This document shows, piece by piece, positions 1-12,140 of a stretch of DNA of 64,000 nt. Origin of the DNA: Heptranchias perlo (Eukaryota); NCBI RefSeq assembly GCF_035084215.1, contig NC_090326.1, positions 2,232,001-2,296,000 on the forward strand, in the 5' to 3' direction. The position numbers were made by a program, and so were the translations under genes. Under the pieces are notes generated by a model, which saw nothing but the letters and a program-made list of their open reading frames with translations, was not told the origin of the DNA and made no database searches. How positions within the stretch are numbered: position 1 is the first letter of the stretch; each line of letters begins with the position of its first letter.

Positions 1-48
1 CTTACTAAGGGGCAAGGCGGCCATCCTACTGAGGGGCAAAGCAGTGCT

Positions 49-1880
49 AGTTATGGTGAGAGACACGGAGAGGGTTCATTTGCTGTTCCTGTTAAATCAC
101 TGTTGCAATATAGTTGAAGATACAAACTCAGTGAAAATGGCACAAACTGGTATTGAACACAAAGATAGCGGTGCAATGAGGGAATTAAACACCAAAATGT
201 TAACTTCTGCAAACAAAATGGATTAACATTTGGTTTTTGGTCGTAATGCTTACAGAGGAGAGACCAGACATTCAGAGGAAAGGTCAAATTAACCATTTTG
301 TGTAGAGAATGCAATTCTAGATTCTAGTAATATATCAGATTAAATTTGGATTCAATCTGAATTTAGTTCTGATCTGGGGTTTGGTTTATTTCTCCATTAT
401 CCATATTTTTCTTTAATCTGAAACAACAAAAGTATTTGCAACTGCAACAGAGCAGAAGAGCGCTGCAGCACCCTGTCCAGTTTAGCAACATATCAGAAAG
501 GGAAAAAGTACATTGTGATTTATTACAGAATGCAGCAGGTCACTGGGAAAGTTACACATGGTATATATATCGGAGCAAAAAGGTGCAAAGTGATTTTACA
601 CTTTAATTTGGGGCAATGCCTTTTTATCTGCACAATGTTTAATGTTACACTTAACATAAAGGGCTCTTTTTTCTGAAGAAACTTCAGGCACAAACGATGG
701 ATTTATAAAGAAAACGATAATTTATTATCAATACACAGGAAAAATTGACATTAGAATTTAAACAATATCTTGGGTTTATGCCTAATTTAAAATCGCTTTA
801 ACAACAATGAAACAACACATTCTGAATTCCCAAAATGCATAACCGTTTGGAAATTCAATTTCTATCTTAGATTAACACCATAACAAAAGTTATGTACTGA
901 TGGTTGGCTCAAGATTACCGGAAGATTACAGGTATTTTGATGGATATCGTTGAAGGGGAGCCTGGCTTTCTCTTATAACCAGATCATCTGCTTCACAGGC
1001 AATCTGTAAATCTGCATCGAGGTATCAAGCTGTGAGGTAGCGAGCAGTCAGGAAGATTCCAGGTGAGATGGTGCTACCAGGAAGCGAAGGGCGAGGTTAG
1101 AGCAGTCGTTGTGGATCTGTGCCTCTCCCCACTCAACTTCTGCCCAGCTTTTAAAGACCTTTCTGGCACAGAACCATGCCTCTGGGGACGGTGGCTTGTC
1201 AACAATGGCTTCCTATAAATGCAACCTATGATTGATTGACACTTCACTTGTTTTCTTTCCATGTCCCCAACGTAACCACGTTAAGTCCAAACCACCTCCA
1301 GCTCCCCTGGAATCGTTTTTGTTGCTACGGTGATCTATCCTATGCTGTGTGATCTTTTACAATGTGCTATTAACAGTCCTTTTAAAAGTCCTTCTACCCT
1401 TAAAGAGTCCTTTTCCTTCAGACATGTTAAAGCAGATTTTGTCTCAGTCTTTCGTTTATCAGATGAATTTTAACTACACAGATCAGCTGGGGGAACTCCT
1501 GCAGTAGGTAATGGTCAGTATCAGGTACACAAGACTGAGTGACTTTATTGTGCAGCATCCTGGCATCACCTTTAAAACTATCAAAATTATATCCACAAGA
1601 GTGTTACCCCAGTACAAACATGAACTATCTGGCCAGCTCCATCTGCTGCTGTTCTGCCAGTCAGCACTCTCACACACTCCAGGCTGATTATACAGTTTGT
1701 TTGGTTATTAAATGGTTTCTGTGTTCTATTCTCACTCCTACCTCTACCCTCTTCTCACTTTATATATTTGTCCATCTTTCATTGTGTCTGTTCTGTGTGT
1801 ATATCGTTGATCCCTGTATATTTTCTGTTTGTTTTTCTATTTTGTTAATTCCACTTCTATTTTAATTTCTGTCTCTCTGT
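49..1880. repeat. Copy A of a ~1.8-kb direct repeat (non-coding, solo-LTR-like core 49-1674)
   Basis: Colinear with 52518-54330 throughout (e.g. tgagagacacggagagggttcatttgctg at 57 and 52526; tgattgacacttcacttgttt in both). The core ends in ...CTCTCACA. No credible ORF. Confidence 0.85.
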
Positions 1881-1912
1881 CGTAGCTTATGCCTTTATTT
1901 TTTCCCCAGAAA

Positions 1913-2750
1913 TCAATCTAGTGAACCTTCGTTGCACCACCTCTAAGGCAAGTATATCCTTCCTTTGATAAGGAGATAAAAACTGTGCACAGTACTCCAG
2001 GTGAGGTCTCATCAAAACCCTGTACAATTTTAGTAAGACGTCCTTACCCTTGTACGCCAACACCCTTGTAGTAAAGGCCAACATACCATTTGCCTTCCTA
2101 ATTGCTTGCAATACCTGCATGCCAACTTTTTGTTTTCCTTGCACGAGGGCATCCAAGTCTCTTTGGAAACCAACATATAATAGATTCTCACCATTTAAAT
2201 ATAGTCTGTTCTTCTATTCTTCCCACAAAAGTGAATGACCTCACATTTCCCCACATTATACTTCATCAACCACCTTCTTGCCCACTCACCTAACCTCTCT
2301 ATAACTCTTTGAAGACTCTTTGTGTCCTCCTCACTGTTTACTTTCCCACCTAGTTTTGTATCGTCAGCAAACTTGGATACATCACACTCGGTCCCTTCAT
2401 CTAAATCTTTATAGATTGTAAATAGCTGAGGCCCAAGCACTGATCCTTGCAGCAGTCCTCTAGTTACTACCCACCAACCTGAAAACGACCCATTTATCCC
2501 TACTCTCTATTTTCTATCCGTAAACCATCCCTCTATCCATGCTAATATATTACCCACAACCCCATGAGCCCTTATCTTGCGTAACAGCCATTTATGTGGC
2601 ACATTATCGAATGCCTTTTGAAAATCCAAATACACCACATCCACTGGTTCCCCTTTATCTACCCTGCTAGTTATATCCTCTAAAAATTCTAACAAATTTG
2701 TCTAACCCGATTTATTTTCATGAAAACATATTGACTCTGCCTAATCATAT
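1913..2750 (-). mobile_element. CR1-type LINE ORF2 fragment (RT), degraded
   Basis: ORF fragments with VYLDFQKAFD, KFADDTK and RPHLEYCAQF motifs (1887-2695), broken by stops and frameshifts. Confidence 0.92.
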
Positions 2751-2759
2751 TAGGAGACT

Positions 2760-3320
2760 ACCTCTCCGCTTCGATCACTTTGTTATTCTTTGTCAGCTTC
2801 TCTCTCTCGTTCCATCCATGAGGGTTCTTTCTTTCGCTCTCTATTTATATATGTCTGCTTTATTTCTCTCCTCCGAGTAACTCTCACCCACACACACTAC
2901 CTCCCTTTTAAATGAATTTATCTTAATCTTCTGCGCTTTTTTAATCGTTATATTTCGTTTCTCCTTGTTTTCTCTCTTTATATTTCTTTCTATTTTTATT
3001 TTTGTCTCTCTCCATATCACTTCATTCCTCTGGCCCACTTTCTGCCTTCTCTCTTTTCCCTTTCTGTCTTTTTTTCTGAATATCTCTGTTTGTTTCTTCG
3101 TCTATCAGTTTCTTACTTCGACTGTGTCATTCTCTCACTCTCTTTTCTGTCTGCCTGTATTAGTACGTTTGTCTCCTTGTGTAATTTTGTCTCCTCCTTT
3201 CCATGCCCCTTTCCCTATTTTTCTTTCCCTTTCTCTCCCTCACACAACCACACACATACACACCCTCTCTGACACACAAACACACGCAGACACACGCACT
3301 CAGACACACACGCTCACTCT
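2760..3320. repeat. CT-rich low-complexity tract ending in (CA)n
   Basis: Pyrimidine-rich text and cacacaca runs; the ORFs here are compositional artefacts. Confidence 0.8.
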
Positions 3321-3374
3321 CCAGAAGCAGCAGTGAATATCCTGCAGGAGTAGTTCTAAACAACGTAGTTATAA

Positions 3375-3640
3375 GCTAGTAACAGACGTCAGGAGGAAAT
3401 AGACAGAGTTATGAAATGGGCAGGCACATGGCATATTAAATTTAATGCAGAAAAGTGTGAATTGATTCATTTTGGAAGAAAGAATGAGTAGAGGCAATAT
3501 ATATTAAATGTTACAATTTAAAAAGGGGTGGAGGAACAGAGAGACCAGGGGGTTTAGGTGCACAAATCTTTCAACGCGGCAGAGCAGATTGATAAGGATC
3601 ATACAAAATCATACGGGATCCTTGGCTTTATCAATATTGG
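3375..3640 (+). mobile_element. Old CR1 RT fragment
   Basis: tgggcaggcacatggcatattaaatttaatgcagaaaagtgtga...cattttggaag matches the CR1 W-x-M-x-F-N-x-x-K-C-x-V-x-H-F-G region. Confidence 0.7.
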
Positions 3641-3739
3641 TCTGGGGAAATTTAGAGCGAGAATTATGGAAGGGGAATTCCAAAAAGGGACCATATAACA
3701 GTAATTATACTTGGAAGGATTAGGCGCTACCTGAAACTC

Positions 3740-4395
3740 TCCATTTCCCTTTTGGTCTCAATCTTCACCACTCTATCTCTCTCTTTCTCATACTCTGTTT
3801 TTCTATCTCGGTTTACCACTTTCTTAATCTCCCACCTCTCTCGCTATCTCTCTGTTTATCGCTCTTTCTCTCTCTCTCTCATTTTGCCTCTCTTTTTCTC
3901 TGTTTTTCTCTTTGTGTTTCACTGTCTCTTCTCTATTTCCATCCCTTTCTCCATATATGTGTATGTGACTGTTTCTCTCTCTCTGACTCGCTCTCTCTCT
4001 CTCCTCGTATACCCCCTCTCTCTGTCTCCCCCTCTCTCGCTCCCTCTGTCCGTCTGCTGTCCTTGTCTGTCTATCTGTCTCCCTCTCTCCCACCCTCTAA
4101 CTACCTGTATGTCTGTCTATCTGTATGTGCCTTTCTCACTGACTCCCCACTGTCTCTCTCCCTCCCTTTCTCTGTCTCTCTGTCTGTCTCTCTCCCTCTG
4201 CCTGTTTCTCTCTGCCTCTGTCTGTCTCTCTCTGTCTGACTGCCTCTGTCTATCTGTCTCTCTCTCCCGCCCTCTATCTGTCTGTATGTCAGCTCTCTCA
4301 CTCTGTCTGTCTGTATGCCTGCCTCTCTCTCTCCCCTTCTGCCCCTCTCTGTCTCTCTCTGTCTGTCTGTATGTCTGTCTGTCTCTCCCTCTCCT
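3740..4395. repeat. (CT)n/(CTGT)n compound microsatellite
   Basis: Directly visible ctct/ctgt repeats. Confidence 0.9.
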
Positions 4396-5145
4396 ATAAG
4401 ATCATAACAAATAGGAGCAGGAGTAGGCCACATGGCCCCTCGAGCCTGCTCCAACATTCAATCAGATCATGGCTGATCTTTGACCTCAACTCCACTTTCC
4501 GGCCCTATCCCCATGTCCCTTGATTACCCTATAATCCAGAAATCTGTCTATCTCAGCCTTGAATATATTCAATGAGTCAGCATCCACAGCCCTCTGGGGT
4601 AGAGGATTCCAAAGATTTACAACCATCTACGTGAAGAAATTCTTCCTCATCTCAGGCTTAAATGGCCTACCCCTTATCCTGAGACTATGCCCCCTAGTTC
4701 TAAACTCTCCAGCCATGGAAAGTAACCTCGCAGCATTTACCCTGTCAAGCCCCCTCATAATCTTATATGTTTCAATGAGATCACTTCTCATTCTTCTAAA
4801 CTCCAGAGAGTATGGGCCCATTCTACTCAACCTAGCCTCATAGGACAACCCTCAAATCCCAGGAATTAATCTAGTGAACCTTCGCTGCACGTCCTCTGAG
4901 GCAAGTATTTCCTTCCTTAGATAAGGAGATCAAAACTGTACACAGTGCTCGAGGTGAGGTCTCACCAAAGCCCTGTACAATTGTAGTAAGACTTCCTTAC
5001 ATTTTTGCTCCAACCCCCTTGCAATAATGGCCAACATTCCATTTCCTTTCCTAATTGCTTGCTGTACCTGCATGCTAACTTTTTTGTTTCTTGTACGAGG
5101 ACAGCCAAGTCTCTCTGATCACTAACATTTAATAGTTTCTGACCA
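4396..5145 (-). mobile_element. CR1-type LINE 3' fragment with 3' UTR tail
   Basis: ORF 4627-4848 YSLEFRRMRSDLIETYKI; tail ataggagcaggagtaggcca is typical of the CR1 3' end. Confidence 0.92.
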
Positions 5146-5520
5146 TCCCTCTCTCTCTCTTTCTCTCTCTCCCTCTCTCTCTCCCTCTCTCTCTCAACTT
5201 ATGTGGAGTTCACCCATGCTGATCAGCCCCACAGCAATGACTTTGATGGCCAACTTTGCCCACTTTGCAGGGCGGCCATTTAGTTCAAGTCCAGCTGAGC
5301 TCTTTAGTGCCGCCATTTCGAGCAACAATTCAAGTGCCCCTGCAGAACAAATTCTGCCTCAATCGATCAGATTTTCAATAAAATATATCAGAATCAGATT
5401 TAAGATCATTTTACGGCACTGTGCTGTTAATATAAAATGTACTTTCCGTCCCCTGGGAAGCGTAGGGGATGGAGGATGAAATTAGATTTAGTTCTAATGC
5501 TTGAAACCCTTCATCTCTTT

Positions 5521-6425
5521 CTATGGTTTCACTAATTTAACAATTAGATTGAGTGGGTATTTCACCGCGATCTTCAGCTCCTCTCTGAATTTGGACTGGG
5601 TCAGGACATAAATACATGTGTTGGTGCCGGAACTGAGAAGCTGCAGCATGCTTGCTGTCTGATCTGTGATATAAACAGGGTCAGCGTGGAAGTAAATATA
5701 CCGAATGTCTGCAATTCGCGCATAAATGTAAAACACAACCTTTGTCACCCATGACAGTATAAAACTGCCCGAAATACTGAAGAGTAAAATGATAGATTTC
5801 TTTCGGTTCTCCATCTCTGGGTCCTTGTGATTCTCTCCATTGCTTCGGCCCCGGAGTCCCCTGCGGACTCGACTCACCACTAAAATACGTCTGACCGTCA
5901 GAACATTGAGCAGCACAATCAGGCAGAACGGAACACAGGGGGTTAAAACAAGTTGAAACATGTCAAATGCAGCCCATGCGAGAGAAGCACGGAAGCTTGA
6001 TTTAATCTTACAAAACTAGGGAACATTATCAATTATATATGCAGGTTTAAGTGTAAAGTACCAGGGCACATTCAATGGACAGCCCAGCACACTTACTGCT
6101 CCCAGAACCACAGTCCCCGTTCTCTCGGTGCAATATTTAGTTTTCAGTTTCTCACCACAAATGGCCACAAATCGATCAAAGGTGAAAGCGACTGTGAACC
6201 AGACAGAAACCTCGGTGGTTGAATAACTTAAGAAGACAATGAGACCACACACGGGAGTAATGTCCAGGAATGACCATGAGTTGAACATCACATTAATACG
6301 ATTCAATATCACATCAGTGATAACGACCATGAGATCGGCCACTACCATTCCCGCCATGTAGCAACTGATACATTTGGAGAGACCGCACTTTCGTCGGGAT
6401 AGGATTACAATGGATACCAAGTTAA
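5521..6425 (-). pseudogene. GPR139/GPR142-like class A GPCR, exon 2 (TM1 end to TM7), one in-frame TAG at 6016-6018
   Basis: Acceptor ttctctctcttacag|TTAAC at 6426/6425. Translation: NLVSIVILSRRKCGLSKC..MVVADL..TFDRFVAIC..KTKYCTE..VP*FCKIK..LTPCVPF..LNVLTVRRI..DPEMENRKKSIILL..NTCIYVLTQSKFREEL. The two ORF-track pieces are in the same frame, 18 codons apart. Confidence 0.92.
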
Positions 6426-6809
6426 CTGTAAGAGAGAGAATTGATAGCAGAGAAATTACTGATCAGACCTGGAGCCAAAGCAGCAGTTTGAGAGGATCTG
6501 GGGTGAAATTTCCAGCTTTGTTGCTGCATCGAAGGGTGGAAAGTGATTCATTGACCTGGGCAGCGCTTTCGGTCAGAGAGATGTTTTTAATCATAATGAT
6601 CAATAATGAATTGGGAGATGGACAAAGAAAGTGAATAAAGTGAGCACCAGATCCACTGGAAGGCCGGTGGGGAAGGGAGGAGGGGGTTTACCGAACGGGA
6701 ATCCAGCAGATTAAAGCCGGATTTGGGCTTCAGACAGGAAAGAGAGGGAAGGGTCGGGAAGGTGAGGGGACAGGGGGAGGTGCAGCTGGTTTGTTATTCT
6801 GGGATGAAC

Positions 6810-7347
6810 CTTGAAAAACCATTGGTTCCGCCACAACTGGAGTATTGTGTCCAGTTCTGGGCACCACACTTTAGGAAAGATGTAAAGGCAGGTGCAGGAG
6901 AGATCTACTAGAATGATTCCGGGGATGAGGGACTTCGTTACGTGGATAGACTGGAGAAGCTGGGATTGTTCTCCTTGGAACAGAGAAGGTTGAGAGGAGA
7001 TTTGATTGAGGTATTCAAAATCACGAAGTGTCTAGACAGAGTAGATAGAGAGAAATTTTTCCCATTGGCTGAAGGGTAATGAACCAGAGGACATGGATTT
7101 AAGTTGATTAGCAAAAGAACCGAAGAACCAATTAGGAGCTGGAATGCACTGCCCGATGGAGTGATGGAGGCAGATTCAATCATGGCCTTGAAAAGGGAAC
7201 TGGATAAGTACTTCAAAGGGAGAAAAATGCAGGGCTACGGGGATAGGGCGCGGGAGCGCCACTAGCTGGATTGCTCTCCACAGAGCCGGTGCGGACTCGA
7301 TCAGCCGAATGGCCTCCTTACGTGCTGTAACCTTTCTATGATTCTAT
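6810..7347 (+). mobile_element. CR1 3' fragment inside the GPCR intron
   Basis: LEYCVQFWAPHFRKDVKA motif; tail ttctatgattctatg. Confidence 0.88.
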
Positions 7348-7802
7348 GAAGATATCTGACAAGTGCTGACACGAAACGGGAAAGGCAGCTGGAGACTGAG
7401 CAGTGAGTGAGATTGGGAGGGAGACAAGGAAAATGAAATGTAGGAGCTGGAGGGGCGTCAGGAGCAGATGCTTCGGAAAAGTGGACAAACAGATGCAACG
7501 GGTGAGGAGCCAAAAGACTCAATGCAGTGGAAGGAGAGACTGGAATTCCCAGGGAGAGACTGCAGCAGAGTGTTAGAGCAAATCTGATCTGTATATCCCA
7601 CCAGCACAATCCAATTGATACATTCAACAGTTCTTTTCTATGGTTATAGGTGTCAGGGAACCTATAAAATATGATAATTACAGTTACTTGTACATTCACT
7701 TAAAATTAAATTGAAAAGTAGCAATTAAATCAACCTCGTTGTTTATTGAATTCAGCCGAGCTTTAAAATTACAGTATCCTAATAATTCATCATGAATAAT
7801 AT

Positions 7803-8300
7803 TTCTTTTATTCGTTCATGGGATGTGGGCGTCGCTGGCAAGGCCAGCATTTATTACCCATCCCTAATTGCCCTTAAGAAGGTGGTGATGAGCCGCCTTC
7901 TTCAATCGCTGCAGTCCGTGTGGTGAATGTTCTCCCACAGTGCTTTTAGGTAGGGATTTCCAGGATTTTGACCCAGCGATGACGAAAGAACAGCGATATA
8001 TTTCCAAATCAGGATGGTGTGTGACTTGGAGGGGAAGGTGCAGGTGGTGGTGTTCCCATGCACCTGATGCCCTTGTCCTTCTAGTTGGTAGAGGTCGCGG
8101 TTTGGGAGGTGTTGTTGAAGACGCTTTGGCGAGATGCTGCAGTGCATCCTGTAGATGGTACACACTGCAGCCGTAGTGCGCCACTCCTCAAGGAAGTGAA
8201 TGTTTAGGGCGGTGGATGGGGTGCCATTCAAGCAGGCTGCTTTGTCCTGGATGGTGTCGAGCTTCTTGAGTATTGTTGAAGCTGCTCTCATCCAGGCAAG
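7803..8300 (-). mobile_element. Second LINE family (CR1/L2 superclade, 'family B') 3' fragment
   Basis: KLDTIQDKAACL and SWKSLP motifs; 3' end gggcaattagggatgggtaataaatgctgg...cccatgaacgaataaaa is shared with the copies at 30940, 50385 and 57098. Confidence 0.85.
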
Positions 8301-8304
8301 TGGA

Positions 8305-8800
8305 TGACCATCTCCAACAAGAGGCTAACCATCTTCCTATGATATTCAATGGCTTTACAATCGCCAAATCCCCGACCTTCAACATTCTTGGGGTCACCAT
8401 TGACCAGAAACTAAACTGGACCAGCCATATAAATACTGTGGCTACAAGAGCAGGTCAGAGGCTGTGTATTCTGCGGCGAATTACTCAGCTCCCGACTCCC
8501 CAAACTTTTCCACCATCTACAAGGCACAAATCAGGAGTGTGATGGAATACTCTCCACTTGCCTGGATGACTGCACGTTCCCCTCCATGTCACGCATCATC
8601 CCAACTTGGAAACATATCGCCGTTCCTTCATCGTTGCTGGATCAAAATCCTGGTCCTCCCTACCTAACAGCATAATGGGAGAAACTTCACCACACGGACT
8701 GCAGCGGTTCAAGAAGGCGGCTCACCACCAAGAGCAATTAGGAATGGATCATAAATGCTGGCCTTGCAAGCGCCGCCCGCATCCCATTAGCGAATAAATA
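8305..8800 (+). mobile_element. LINE family B 3' fragment, inverted relative to 7803-8300
   Basis: ILGVTIDQKLNWTSHIN and YKAQIRSVMEY motifs; tail cccattagcgaataaa. Confidence 0.85.
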
Positions 8801-10372
8801 TAAATAGTTACCCTCCGTGGTTCCTCTAAGTTCTGCTCAATATGGAGGAATACTAATTCATCAGCTGAGTGTGGCCGGTTGGTGGTAATCAACGGGAGGT
8901 TTCCTTGCTCATGTTTGACCTGATGCCATGAGATTTCATGGTGTCTGGAGTCAATGTTGTGGACTCCCAGGGTCAATCCATCCTGACTGTATACCACTGT
9001 TGCTCCACCACTGATGGGTCTGTCCTGCCAGTGGGACAGGACGTGCCCTGGGATGGTGATGGAGGTGTCTGGGATGCCTGATGATTCTATTCTTGAAGCA
9101 AGTTTTCATTATGTTTAATGTTAAGTTGGAAAACAAGGAACATTCACGAGAAAAGACTGAGGATGTAAACATAAGGAGTGAGTCCCACAATAAAAACTCA
9201 CACAATCTGACCACATCATAATAACACCTTCAAGTCACATTTTCTATATTTAATTGTACTGTTCAGCAGTTCACCCTGCTGAATTATTCACGCCACAGAT
9301 TCTCGCTTTCCCTCTTAGTTGGCCACTTTATCTCTCACTCTACTCTCTTTCTCAAGTCCATTTTTGTATCCAACTAAATCCTATCATCCTGCGCCGGCAT
9401 TCTGTTGACCAGCCCCGTGTTCCACTGAATCTATTCTCAGTGTCAGTTTGTTAAATAGTGAAGCCACAGTGGAATAGTTAAATGTTTCTACAGTTCACCC
9501 ACGTCTCCACCTGTTCACCTACACTGTTCACTTCATCTGCAAAAGGATGAATGATTAAAATAAATGCCTCTTCGTGACAGGTCTCACAATAATTAAGATT
9601 CTTTCTCCTGTAATTTTAAAGTACAGCGATAGATTACGGGATTGTTCAATTAACAGAACGCGAACATCATACTTATAATCTACAGATAAATGGAAGGGTT
9701 CCTGATTCCAACAGATACAGTTTAAACTGGGACAACATAACATCAAAACATTTCATTTTACAATGAAGTTCAGTGACAGTCAGTGAATTCATCCACAGTG
9801 AAGCAGGGAAGGAGATGTGAAAGAGTCAGCAGCAAACTCAGTTCAGTAGCCTGACATTTGAATCGGCATCAGATACACACATAATGGAAGAATATTTTAG
9901 AACTGTTATCACCAATGAATACATTTGAATCAAAGTAAAATTGAACCATGTTATTTTGGTGGGTGGACATTGCGCTGCCTCCTTGTAACACTGAGACCGT
10001 GAGCTGTCCCATTATCAATGACTGAAGACATTTCGATGAAAACATATTCCTGGACAGGTTAGTTTCCCGACATGAAACTGTTAACAGTTCTTAATGGTCT
10101 GACACCAGCTCTTAGCCCAGACACCTGATTCCAATACATTCAGTACAAAGAATTATCCAGTATAAATGCCAGAGATCGATAGGCAAAGTTCATTACGGAT
10201 ATCATGTGACTCCTACAAGACCGAAAGAACAGAGACGGAACCCATTCTATCATTCAACCAATAGAACAGAACAGGCGATTGTGTAAAACATGCAGGGAGA
10301 AAAATAATTTGCCAAGTACAGCAGCAGAGTTAATACCGCTTTGCACCATTAACACCTGACATAACGGCTTAC

Positions 10373-10442
10373 CGAGAACTCCAACGACTGCCAGAACAGG
10401 ATAATAAATAAGCATTATCTGACCGATTACTGAAGAATGCAT
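10373..10442 (-). pseudogene. GPR139/GPR142-like GPCR, exon 1 (MHSSVIGQIMLIYYPVLAVVGVL-G)
   Basis: ATG at 10442, 70 nt, phase-1 donor G|GTAAGC at 10373/10372. It splices in frame to 6425 to give GVL-V-NLVSIV, for a total of 975 nt (324 codons plus stop). Confidence 0.88.
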
Positions 10443-10519
10443 TTCTGTCGGAAGCACTGACTTCTGTTGTGCTGGAAACCACAGCTCCGGCAGGCACTCT
10501 GAGATGATCCATTCGAACA

Positions 10520-10605
10520 AGCCCTGATTTACACAGGGGATAAGTCTCCACTGACACGGTTATAATCCTGATCGTTGCTATTAGTTACAGTCACTGGAAC
10601 AAACA
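10520..10605 (-). promoter_or_regulatory. Putative GPCR core promoter: TGTTTGTTCCAGTGACTGTAACTAAT motif plus TATA-like TGTAAAT
   Basis: The motif at 10580-10605 recurs at 46379-46403 upstream of the second exon 1 at a similar distance from the ATG. Confidence 0.55.
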
Positions 10606-11149
10606 CATTACATGAGCTGCTTTTACTCCGATATAAACAATGTGGTGGATATTGCACAAGCATCTCAAAGTCCTGGAGATTATCTCAATCAGACCTCTCT
10701 CAGGAATCAAATTGAAATCTGTTCCCATAAATGACTGTTCCAACAATAATAAGCAGCTTTATTTACATATTTTATATAATTGTATTGATCATGTTCATTC
10801 CTGGAGATACATTTATGCATTTTACCGATTTTTCCGCAGTGTAGACTGAATCCAGGGACACAAGCGAACCCCTTTCACTCTGTTCCTGCAGTTTCCCAGT
10901 TAAAATATGAATTGTGAGTCTCTGACACGGGAACAGTTAAAGGGCAGGTTAAGGATTGAAGCCCAGAAATGACTGTGGGTGATATTAGGGGACAGACATT
11001 GAACGTGCCTCATTAACATTCCTCTCTTCACTATTTACTGCAGATGTTTACCCATTTCATCGACATTGGCTAATAACTCCAGTAAAATTGATCCATTGTA
11101 ATACCGAGCTAAGCTCATGACCCGATTTGCCCTCCATCACAAAGGGCCC

Positions 11150-12140
11150 GTGATTTCCTCAGGCGCCTCCTTTCCTTCCTCAGCCAACTGCCATTGAAAC
11201 CCTCATCAATACCTTGGTCCCGTCCAGACTCCAATGCACTCCTAACCGGCCACCCAACCTCTACCTTCCATAAACGGGAGCTCGTTCAAAACTCTGTTGT
11301 CTGTGTCCAACCAGCACCAGGCCCTGCTCCGCCTCGCTGACACTCATTGACTCCCAGTTCCCCATTGTCTTAAATTTAAAATTCTCATCCTGGGGTTTAA
11401 ATTCCTCCATGGCCCATTCCTCCACTTCTCCGTCCCCTCCTCCACACCTACAGCCATCCCATCCATGAACCCCTTATTCATTGGACATTGGCCTCTTTTG
11501 GCGGGACTACCCTCGCTTGGTTCCACTCACCTACCTGATCATAGCCAGTAGAAGCTTCTCTTCCCACCCTATCACCGTTATCTCTGATCTCTTTAAATGT
11601 TGAATCATTGGCTCCCTCCTCTTCCACATCTGCATGCTGCTCTTTGGTGACATAGTCCACAAACATGGACCAGTTTCAGATGGACGCTGACAAAACCACT
11701 GCCTCTCTTGACCCTTCCAATTTATTTGTGTTGTCACACCCACATTGTGTTTGAGGTTAGCCACAATTTCCTGCAGTTAAGAATTGGAAAATCATGATCT
11801 TTAGCCCCGCAATCTCCACATCATTGACACGGATTCCATTCCCACCCCAGGCTTTTTGAATGGTGTTTGCCTCACCAATCACCAATTGGATTCCAGTCTA
11901 CTACCCCTGTAGTTTATTTATATATTTTCCTACATTTAAATCCATCAGGGCCTCACCCCTCCCTATATCTGGTCCCGCCTGCAGATCGACAGCCCCTGCA
12001 AAATACTCTACTCCTCCACCTCTGGCCAATTGTGCATCTGCAGGCCATTTCTATTACTTTTGACAGCCGTGCCTTCCGCCATATTAACACTCCAGAATGC
12101 CCACCCGAAGCCCCTCCATCTCCTTCACTCTCTTTCAAGT
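11150..12140 (+). mobile_element. Old L2-like LINE 3' remnants (a further L2-like tail lies at ~14640-14840)
   Basis: Degenerate tttaaatccatcagggcctcacccctccctat...ccgtgccttc blocks typical of L2 3' ends; no ORF. Confidence 0.5.

Noticed and set aside
3752-4457. Long Leu/Ser/Cys-rich and Arg/Glu-rich ORFs (also 2965-3363, 54389-54904, 62947-63614)
   Set aside because: Translations of CT/GA microsatellite DNA that simply lack stop codons.
9460-9830. CACAGTG heptamers as V(D)J recombination signals
   Set aside because: No nonamer at 12- or 23-bp spacing and no Ig/TCR segments nearby.
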